From assembly GCA_016220145.1 (NCBI GenBank), contig JACRID010000021.1, positions 1-61,114 on the forward strand: a DNA stretch of 61,114 nucleotides, written 5' to 3'. The DNA comes from Candidatus Peregrinibacteria bacterium. GTDB taxonomy: Bacteria > Patescibacteriota > Gracilibacteria > UBA1369 > UM-FILTER-53-11. The stretch's first letter is position 1. The number at the start of each line of letters is the position of its first letter. Shown here one piece after another: positions 1 to 7,014 of the stretch. Made by a program: the position numbers and the translations under genes. A model generated the notes under the pieces. That model ran no database searches, was not told the DNA's origin, and saw nothing but the letters and a program-made list of their open reading frames with translations.

Positions 1-139
1 TTTATTGGTAATTTTCGGATAATGACCTCTTGTGGACAAGTTTTGTTGCTCATACGATTGTGCAAAAATGATAGATAAAATTGTTAACGCACTTTATCCT
101 CATTTTAGCACAATTGTGCGAGTAACGCACTATGAATTC
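1..139. repeat. Left arm of a perfect 139-bp inverted repeat; partner is the last 139 bp of the window (60976-61114)
   Basis: Base-by-base comparison shows 1-139 equals the reverse complement of 60976-61114 with no mismatch. Identity breaks at 140 (a) versus 60975 (a). The arm contains the 12-bp palindrome GCACAATTGTGC (108-119) and ends in ATGAATTC (132-139). Confidence 0.95.
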
Positions 140-530
140 AAAAAAACAATACAGCGAAAACGCCGGTCCAGTCACCATAAAAATACGCGCAGAAGCCGCG
201 GACGATAAACTTCTGCGCGGTTTGCCACAATCATTCCGCGCATTTGTGGGGCACAAAGAAACTTGCTTCCATCTGCCCAAAGGCGCGGTGTGGCTTGCCG
301 AGTCCGCACAATGTCCTTACCAAATGGTGCGGATAAAACAAAACATCTACGCTACGCAATTCCATCCGGAGTTAGATGCCCGAGAATTTTGCGTGCGCGT
401 TGAAATATATAAAAACTATGGGTACTTTGACCCAAAAGACGCGGAAGGACTCAAAAAAAAGGCGCTGAAAGAAAAAATTACAACACCAATGAAAATACTA
501 AGGAGATTTACGGAGTTTTACGGTTCTTAA
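132..530 (+). pseudogene. 5'-truncated class I glutamine amidotransferase (GATase1) remnant, reading from the ATG carried by the terminal repeat
   Basis: The 132-aa ORF keeps the C-terminal His/Glu region (NIYATQFHPELD). It has no nucleophile-elbow G-x-C-x-G segment, and complete GATase1 domains are roughly 190-240 aa. Its first 8 nt lie inside the inverted repeat. Confidence 0.6.
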
Positions 531-1149
531 AAACTCTCTTTAAGTACAGCCTAATATGCTCCCGCGCGGATGCATTTTTTAATACATGATATGCGGACGG
601 CGCGACAGAAAAAAAAATAATAACTAGAATAATCGGCAAAAGATATTTATCTATGTCGGGTATTGTGTTGCCCAAGAAATAACCCAAACCGGAAAGCCCG
701 ATTGTCCATAGGAAGCCCCCTACTATATTATAAGCTACAAACATGCTGTACCGCATACGCCCGACGCCAGCGAGGATTGGCGCAAATGTGCGCACAATTG
801 GCATAAAACGCGCCAAGATGATTGCCTTGCCGCCATGTCGCTCATAAAAAATTCGCGCTCGTTCAATATGATTTTTATGAAACAATAACGAATCTTCACG
901 TTTAAAAATCGCCGGCCCCACGCGCCGGCCAAAAGCATATCCAACACTATCCCCCGCCACTGCCGCCACAAAACTTAAAATCATGAGCGTCACAATATGC
1001 AAATAGCCTTGCGATGCCAAAAATCCGGCAGTAAAAAGCAAGCTGTCGCCGGGCAAAAAAAATCCGACAAACAATCCCGATTCGGCAAACAAAATCCCCG
1101 CTATGCCAAGATATCCTGCTGTTTTGATGAGTGTAATGATGTCAAACAT
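508..1149 (-). CDS. DedA/SNARE-associated family inner-membrane protein
   Basis: Motif FFLPGDSLLFTAGFLA plus multiple hydrophobic spans. The ORF extends to 1374, but the ATG at 1149 (MFDIITLIK) gives the usual length of about 213 aa. Confidence 0.75.
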   Translation of the reverse strand: MFDIITLIKTAGYLGIAGILFAESGLFVGFFLPGDSLLFTAGFLASQGYLHIVTLMILSFVAAVAGDSVGYAFGRRVGPAIFKREDSLLFHKNHIERARIFYERHGGKAIILARFMPIVRTFAPILAGVGRMRYSMFVAYNIVGGFLWTIGLSGLGYFLGNTIPDIDKYLLPIILVIIFFSVAPSAYHVLKNASAREHIRLYLKRVFKNRKTP

Positions 1150-1195
1150 ATAAAAATATGATACTATAATACCAGCAATAGAAAATAAAAGCAAT

Positions 1196-2443
1196 ATGCA
1201 AAAGTACGCTGTCAAAGTTGGACTTATTGGAATCTTGTACGTTTTTCTTGTTAGTGCAGTGGTATTTATCGGCGCGTTTAGGCTTAACTTGTATACCGAC
1301 CGCGCGTATGCAAATCCGAGTGTATCTGCTACACCCGTACCTAAACTGATAACTTTCACATACTGGCGACACATGATGCAATGGGATGGCGGATTTTATA
1401 AACATATCGCCATAGGGGGTTATCAGGCAGAAGAAACAGCATTTTTTCCACTCTATCCTATGATGATACGGGCGGTGTTGCGCGTTCAAAATAATTTTGC
1501 CTCGGCAGCGGGCATTGTTTCTTTTTTATCGTTTCTTGGAGCATTATATTTCTTCATTCGCCTTGCGGAATATCTGCTTGAGGAAAATCATGACAAACAA
1601 CTCAATAATATGGCGCGACACGCGGAAACAGATGCAGTAGACGCAAGCGAAGCGCATACTTTTTCCTCACGCATCGCGGCGCACACTGTTTCAACACGCG
1701 CGCTTTTCTTTTTTCTCTTTTTCCCCACCGCGTTTTACTTACTCGCACCCTACACAGAAAGTCTTTTTTTGTGTTTGATGTTGGGATCTCTGTACTACGC
1801 GCGCTCTCGCCGATTATGGTTAGCCGGCTTGTTGGGATTTGGTGCCGCTTTGGCGCGCGTCAACGGCTTTTTTGTGGTGATTCTTTTGGGATACGAACTA
1901 TACGCGCAATGGCGTGCTCACGAGGCCGGAGCAGTATGGCAGAAAATTATGGTCGCAGTTTCACCACTCGCAGGACTACTCACCTACATGATCTACCTCA
2001 AAGTTCGTTTTGGCAGTTTTGTGCAATTTGCCGTATCACAAGCGCGATGGAACAGAAACGGTTCGCTCAATCCGTTTGATATTGGTAACCGCCTTGCTGT
2101 TTACTTCAAAGAGTTTGGGCAATTGTCGAGTGTATTTAATGCCGAGTTTGTTTCTCGCGCTCTTGATGTGTCTTTTTTTATTTTCATAATAATAGTTGGC
2201 ATCTGGATGTATCGCGCGTGGCGCAAAGATTTTGCATTGTGGACGCTTAGTTTAGGTATCTTGCCGCTTTTATCCGGCACATTGCTTTCAATGCCGCGCT
2301 ATGTATTTCCTTCGCCATTTGTGGCTATGTTCCTTGCGCGCCAAATCAAAAATGAGAGCGTACAGCTCTCAATTCTCATATGTTTTATGGCGCTCTGGAC
2401 ACTTTTCTTGACACTATTTTCCAACGGGTATTGGGTGGGATAA
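1196..2443 (+). CDS. Polytopic GT-C-type glycosyltransferase (PIG-V/mannosyltransferase-like)
   Basis: 415 aa with many hydrophobic helices. The WDGGFYKHIAIGGY...AFFPLYP motif is characteristic of this membrane glycosyltransferase group. Confidence 0.6.
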   Translation: MQKYAVKVGLIGILYVFLVSAVVFIGAFRLNLYTDRAYANPSVSATPVPKLITFTYWRHMMQWDGGFYKHIAIGGYQAEETAFFPLYPMMIRAVLRVQNNFASAAGIVSFLSFLGALYFFIRLAEYLLEENHDKQLNNMARHAETDAVDASEAHTFSSRIAAHTVSTRALFFFLFFPTAFYLLAPYTESLFLCLMLGSLYYARSRRLWLAGLLGFGAALARVNGFFVVILLGYELYAQWRAHEAGAVWQKIMVAVSPLAGLLTYMIYLKVRFGSFVQFAVSQARWNRNGSLNPFDIGNRLAVYFKEFGQLSSVFNAEFVSRALDVSFFIFIIIVGIWMYRAWRKDFALWTLSLGILPLLSGTLLSMPRYVFPSPFVAMFLARQIKNESVQLSILICFMALWTLFLTLFSNGYWVG

Positions 2444-2448
2444 AATAG

Positions 2449-3597
2449 TCAAAATAATTTCTTTAACCAGTCTATTTCATTTTCCGAAGCATACAACCGC
2501 TCCGCTCGCACACGAGCGCGAGCGCGCCACACGGAATAATCCGTAGCGTCTAAAATATGCTTAATCGCGCGCGCTAAATCTTTTGCATCTCCTGCACGCG
2601 CGCGCATACCGGTTACCCCTTCTTCAAAAACAGAACGCACGCCGGGTAAGTCTGATGCCACCACAGGCGTACCACACGCCTGCGCCTCAACCAGCACCAT
2701 ACCAAACGCTTCTGATGAATCGGTGGATGGTAGTACAACCGCATGAGCAAGGGCGTACAACGCGGGTAGTACTTCCACTGCCACAAACCCTGCAAACTTC
2801 ACGCGGTCTGGAATTTTTAATGCACGCGCCTGCGCTTCATACTCCGAACGCATATCCCCACCCCCCACAATGACCAGTTTTATGCGCGTATCAGTGAGGT
2901 ACTCCGCCAATGCTTTTAAAAGCACGGAAACGCCTTTGAAATAATGCGCGCGGTCAAGCGCTCCTACAAACAAAAGCACTTTATCATCGGTGGAAATACT
3001 GTATTCGCGCAATAACTCTGCAGAACGCCCACACGGTTTAAACACCTCGGTATCAATTCCAAAAGGGATCTCAACAAGTTTTTGCGGATGACGAAATAAA
3101 TAATTCGCGTAACGGCTCTGCCGCGCGTAGTCCATACTTGAAACGCGTATCGCGTCTGCTGAAAAAACAGCAAGCGGCAAAACAAGACGAGTAAAAAACG
3201 CAAAAACATATTTTAAAAATCCCTGTCCTGCCAAATCCATGTGGTAGGTGATGATCAATTTCTTGCGTTTTCCAATCAATCGCTCCCGCCACACGCCAAG
3301 CAGTGTCCATAAAACGCCGCCAATAAACGGGTAATGCAGATGTATTGTTTCAAAACCGCGCGTGAAATATACCAGTTGTATCGTAAGAGCGGCGTTGCCA
3401 TAAGAAAAAAGCGGACGCATGCGATGTATGGTGTAGCCGTCTTTTTCTTCTAACCCCGTGCGAGCATGCTTAAAACGCGGTGTAAAAACATGCACCACAT
3501 GCCATGCTCGAGCAAGTGCCTGCGCCTCATGCTCTACAACTCGCGACATGCCAGCGGTGTAAGGATAGAAAACCGGTGTAACAAGCGCAAAGCGCAT
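2449..3597 (-). CDS. GT4-family (GT-B fold) glycosyltransferase
   Basis: 382 aa. The C-terminal EAFGMVLVEAQACGTPVVASD segment matches the E-x7-E region of GT4 enzymes. Confidence 0.75.
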   Translation of the reverse strand: MRFALVTPVFYPYTAGMSRVVEHEAQALARAWHVVHVFTPRFKHARTGLEEKDGYTIHRMRPLFSYGNAALTIQLVYFTRGFETIHLHYPFIGGVLWTLLGVWRERLIGKRKKLIITYHMDLAGQGFLKYVFAFFTRLVLPLAVFSADAIRVSSMDYARQSRYANYLFRHPQKLVEIPFGIDTEVFKPCGRSAELLREYSISTDDKVLLFVGALDRAHYFKGVSVLLKALAEYLTDTRIKLVIVGGGDMRSEYEAQARALKIPDRVKFAGFVAVEVLPALYALAHAVVLPSTDSSEAFGMVLVEAQACGTPVVASDLPGVRSVFEEGVTGMRARAGDAKDLARAIKHILDATDYSVWRARARVRAERLYASENEIDWLKKLF

Positions 3598-3641
3598 ACA
3601 AAGATAAATTGATAATTATTGTGAATCACGAAATGTTTTTT

Positions 3642-3974
3642 CTAATTTTTTTCTCCCTCACGAAGCGCAAGCACCTGTGTGAGTTTGCTGATATTCCGTT
3701 CTTGGCGTTCAAGCCGCACTCCAAGGCGGAAAAATCCATAAAACAGCACTATGAGCGCAAGGTAGGTGACAAAATCCGCTCCGCGGCCAACACCAAACAC
3801 TTGCGCGATTTCCGTGCTCAATTCCGGACGCCAAACTACGAGAGCGGCAAGAGCCCAAAACACAAGCCAGCTTAAAAATACCAAAACACCCATATCCTTG
3901 GCGCGGAAACGCGCCGCAACGCGCAAAACAACAAACGCGATGAGCAAAAATAAAACGATTTGGATTGCGTGCAT
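3642..3974 (-). CDS. DUF2304-like small membrane protein
   Basis: 110 aa with three to four hydrophobic helices followed by a charged tail (GRGADFVTY...LERQERNISKLTQVLAL). It sits next to a GT2 gene, as is typical of this family. Confidence 0.55.
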   Translation of the reverse strand: MHAIQIVLFLLIAFVVLRVAARFRAKDMGVLVFLSWLVFWALAALVVWRPELSTEIAQVFGVGRGADFVTYLALIVLFYGFFRLGVRLERQERNISKLTQVLALREGEKN

Positions 3975-4021
3975 ATTTTATTATTCCTTCAAAATACCAC
4001 TGGCGTCAAGCCCGCGATAAT

Positions 4022-4726
4022 TTATTTAATTAATTTCCCAAAAAATAAATCTGATAAAATGGCAAATCCGGCGCCGGCGCGCTGGCCGTATGAATGATAA
4101 TAAACGGTAACAGGCATCTCTTTAAAACGCAAATTATGTTTCTTGATTTCGGCGACGATGTTTGAATTATGCGCCATGCGGTCTTGTGTAATCCGTATCT
4201 TGAGCGCGGCATCGCGCGTAAACGCGCGCAATCCGTTGTGCGCGTCAGATAATTTGATGCCAGTAATATACCAATTTATCAAGCGTGCCACGGGCAAAAT
4301 GATTACACGCTTTGTCCATGGAATGCGCTTGCTCGCGTCGCTGTTATCGCCGTTATTTTGATCGGTTTTTACGCGCAGAAAACGCGAACCCAACACGATC
4401 GTTTCTTTTCCTTTTTCTAAAGGTTCAATAAACCCCGGTAATTCACGCGCAGAAAACTGACCGTCCGCGTCAAAATGAATAATACTATCCGCGCCATGAA
4501 GTAATGCCCACTCCGTGCCGGTGCGTAGCGCCGCGCCCTGGCCGCGGTTTACCACATGCCTCACTACGGCAACGCCGCTTGCGCGCGCGTGTTCATATGT
4601 CTTATCTGTTGACGCGTCATCAACCACGACAATATCCCACGCTGGGCTCACCGCGCGGATGTCTTGAATAACATGTCCAATATGATCCTCCTCATTAAAT
4701 GCAGGTATGACAACAATAGTCTTCAT
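4022..4726 (-). CDS. GT2-family glycosyltransferase (soluble, polyprenyl-phosphate sugar synthase-like)
   Basis: VVIPAFNEE, VVVDDASTD and FDADGQ (DXD) motifs. Confidence 0.75.
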   Translation of the reverse strand: MKTIVVIPAFNEEDHIGHVIQDIRAVSPAWDIVVVDDASTDKTYEHARASGVAVVRHVVNRGQGAALRTGTEWALLHGADSIIHFDADGQFSARELPGFIEPLEKGKETIVLGSRFLRVKTDQNNGDNSDASKRIPWTKRVIILPVARLINWYITGIKLSDAHNGLRAFTRDAALKIRITQDRMAHNSNIVAEIKKHNLRFKEMPVTVYYHSYGQRAGAGFAILSDLFFGKLIK

Positions 4727-4749
4727 AGGATGTTTATTGGTAGCACGCG

Positions 4750-5205
4750 CTATCGGTTAAATTTTTTTTTTGTAAACTTGCTTAAAAATAATTTTAAATT
4801 ATCCGATGCGTTCGGCCAAATGAAATCTCTTGCGCGTTTTCGCCATTGATCTCTTGTTGCTCGCGAAGTGTCCGGAAACATTGCTTGAAGCTCCGCGTCA
4901 TTTTTATGTTCAAAAATTGTGTTATATAATAGTTGTAATTTATTATAATATCTAGTCCTTTCATTGGCTGATAACAATGCAGAAAATTCTTCCTTGGCTA
5001 ATTTAAAATTTTGTTCATATTCTGCCTGTTCAGTCCGACTTTTTTCTTCACGAGCAATGCGCTCGCTTTGTCTTGCGAGAATACGTGGTTGGCTCTGCCT
5101 TGTTTTTTCTTGATCAGAAACAACATTCTTTATTACTGTAGAAATATATCGTTTCAAATCTTCCAATGATGAAAATTCCACTAGCGCACTTGCAACCTTT
5201 TTCAT
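4750..5205 (-). CDS. Hypothetical protein with a charged coiled-coil N-terminus and a sigma-70 region-4-like HTH C-terminus; paralog of 5260-5754
   Basis: LLYNTIFEHKNDAELQAMFPDTSRATRDQWRKRARDFI aligns by eye with the sigma70_r4 pattern (L-x-y-x-e-x-s-x-x-EIA-x-x-lg-x-s-x-x-tV-x-x-x-l-x-rAr-x-x-L). The gene lies in an AT-rich islet. Confidence 0.4.
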   Translation of the reverse strand: MKKVASALVEFSSLEDLKRYISTVIKNVVSDQEKTRQSQPRILARQSERIAREEKSRTEQAEYEQNFKLAKEEFSALLSANERTRYYNKLQLLYNTIFEHKNDAELQAMFPDTSRATRDQWRKRARDFIWPNASDNLKLFLSKFTKKKFNR

Positions 5206-5259
5206 AATTAGCGCGACATCTGCATCTGTAAAATTAATTCTAAACTGATTAAATGTAAG

Positions 5260-5754
5260 TTAAATAAGTTCAATTAATATGTTCTTCAACGACTCTGATG
5301 AAAGTTTTTCTTGTTTTTTTTGTAAATTAGGGCTAGATAGTAATTCATTCAACTCATCTGAAAGAGTAATCAATTGGTTGTTTGCTAACTCACGCAAAAT
5401 TCTAACAGCAACCTTCCTGTACCAGTGTACTTGTGAATCATTTAATTCAAAATCGTCTTGAATCTGTTTGTAATCAGGTTCAAAAAATAATCTACGATAT
5501 AATATATCAAATGTATCAATGATTTTGTGTTCACTCCAGCCGCGTTTACGCAAAATTGCTTTTACCACAGGAAACAGATTTTCATATTCTTCTTTACAAC
5601 GGTTTTTTTTATCCTCTTGTTCTTGAATCTTTGTGTTAACGATAGTCGCCCACTCTGTCAATTTATGTGTGACTGTGTCAATCTCAGCGCGAGGCTCAAA
5701 AGATGGATGTTCGCTCATATTTTTGTATGCAGTAGAAATGTTATTTAGGGACAA
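5260..5754 (-). CDS. Hypothetical protein with a sigma-70 region-4-like HTH C-terminus; paralog of 4750-5205
   Basis: ILYRRLFFEPDYKQIQDDFELNDSQVHWYRKVAVRILREL fits the region-4 HTH pattern. The track start at 5754 is TTG. The first ATG at 5718 gives 152 aa, matching the 151-aa paralog. Confidence 0.4.
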   Translation of the reverse strand: MSLNNISTAYKNMSEHPSFEPRAEIDTVTHKLTEWATIVNTKIQEQEDKKNRCKEEYENLFPVVKAILRKRGWSEHKIIDTFDILYRRLFFEPDYKQIQDDFELNDSQVHWYRKVAVRILRELANNQLITLSDELNELLSSPNLQKKQEKLSSESLKNILIELI

Positions 5755-5773
5755 GGCTAATGAATCATCAAAA

Positions 5774-6799
5774 TTAAATCCCCGCGCCAGCTAATTTGGC
5801 GCGCACCACATCAAAGTCTATGGTTTTTTTAATGCCTTGCTCCAAATCAATAAGCGGAATCCAACCAAGCAATTCTTTTGCGAGCATCAAATCAGGAATG
5901 CCGAGAGGAGAAATAAATGAAAGCGGCGGATTAAATACGATCTTTGATGAAGAGTTGGTGAGTCTGATAACCATCTGTGCTACATCGAACAATTTATATA
6001 GACGATCCGATCCAATATTGATAGGGCTTAACGGCCCGGGAGCTTCCATCATTTTAACGAGCGCGTCAACGGTATCATTGACATACACAAGCGCGCTGGA
6101 AAAATTTTCATCGCCGTAAATAACCAAATCTTTGTTTTGCAAAGCACTCACGATAAAGTCTGAAATCATTTGTCCGTCAAACAGTTTGAGGCGCGGACCA
6201 TAGGTGCGGAAAATGCGCGCGGTACGCACGTCCAAATTATATACTTGGCGATACGTCTCTACCATGGTTTCCGCAAACCGCTTGCCTTCATCGTAGCACC
6301 CGCGCGGACTCAAATGGTTAACCACGCCTTCTTCCGATTCTTTGATGCGTTCCCCTCCCTTGCGCGGACCGTATACCACCGAGCTTGAAGCAAATAAAAA
6401 TTTCGCGTGATTTTTGACCGCCAATTCCAAGACATTCCGCATGCCGCTACTGTTGGCGAGCAATGTTTCTATTTTAAACTGATCAAAATTCTTGGCCGAG
6501 GTGGGACACGCAAGCTGATAAATTTCTTGTATGCCCTGAAATTTTACCTTGAATTTTTCAAGTTCCGGCCACTGTTCCAAAGTAAATGGTTCGTTGACAT
6601 TATGGCGGATAAATTCAAAATTAGGATCATTGATAAGATGATCAATATTGGCGCTTTGGCTATTGGAAAAGTCATCTATACAAATAACCTTGAGCTTGTG
6701 CTTTTTGAGCAACTGCTCGCACAAATGCGACCCAATAAAGCCGGCTCCGCCGGTTACGAGAACATTTTTAGTGCCAAAAATAGGTGTTTTGAGTGCCAT
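5774..6799 (-). CDS. UDP-glucuronate decarboxylase (UDP-xylose synthase)-like extended SDR
   Basis: VLVTGGAGFIGSHL Rossmann motif and GCYDEGKRFAETM, which closely matches the UXS signature CYDEGKRVAE. Confidence 0.7.
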   Translation of the reverse strand: MALKTPIFGTKNVLVTGGAGFIGSHLCEQLLKKHKLKVICIDDFSNSQSANIDHLINDPNFEFIRHNVNEPFTLEQWPELEKFKVKFQGIQEIYQLACPTSAKNFDQFKIETLLANSSGMRNVLELAVKNHAKFLFASSSVVYGPRKGGERIKESEEGVVNHLSPRGCYDEGKRFAETMVETYRQVYNLDVRTARIFRTYGPRLKLFDGQMISDFIVSALQNKDLVIYGDENFSSALVYVNDTVDALVKMMEAPGPLSPINIGSDRLYKLFDVAQMVIRLTNSSSKIVFNPPLSFISPLGIPDLMLAKELLGWIPLIDLEQGIKKTIDFDVVRAKLAGAGI

Positions 6800-6841
6800 A
6801 ATAGCATTCTTAAAAGATTCTTATGTGTTATGGATAGAGTA

Positions 6842-7004
6842 TGGGTCTGTCGCCAAATGCCATTTTGACTGCAATTTCTGAATTTTGGCCATAATTGCTT
6901 CAACATTTTTCAGCTTAACCGCTGTTAAACCTCAAAATGTATTCAGCAATTCTGTCTCAAAATTCAGAAATTTCGTTACAAAAGCGCATTTGGCGACAGA
7001 CCCA
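6842..7004. repeat. 163-bp long imperfect palindrome (MITE-like or structured intergenic element)
   Basis: Outer 19-bp perfect arms TGGGTCTGTCGCCAAATGC (6842-6860) pair with 6986-7004. Inner 14-bp arms are 6873-6886 and 6959-6972. Further paired blocks are 6893-6899/6945-6951, 6903-6909/6934-6940 and 6915-6919/6924-6928. The apex is near 6921. Confidence 0.85.
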
Positions 7005-7014
7005 GTATATCAAA

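Noticed and set aside
40-131. Sigma-70-type promoter inside the terminal repeat
   Set aside because: Several TTGNNN hexamers occur (46-51, 58-63, 81-86). None pairs with a convincing -10 element at 16-18 nt spacing, so I only report the palindrome at 108-119.
50-280. 76-aa minus-strand ORF sharing an identical 29-aa C-terminus with the plus-strand ORF 60853-61065
   Set aside because: The shared tail (EFIVRYSHNCAKMRIKCVNNFIYHFCTIV) is simply the inverted repeat read outward. Both ORFs are antisense shadows of better-supported genes and have no recognisable motifs.
6407-6868. 153-aa plus-strand ORF, and many similar track ORFs (for example 735-971, 1771-2079, 2583-2873, 8170-8568, 10739-10972, 22623-23009, 55751-56215)
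   Set aside because: Each lies antisense or out of frame within a longer ORF that has clear family motifs. They show low-complexity or biased composition and no motifs of their own.
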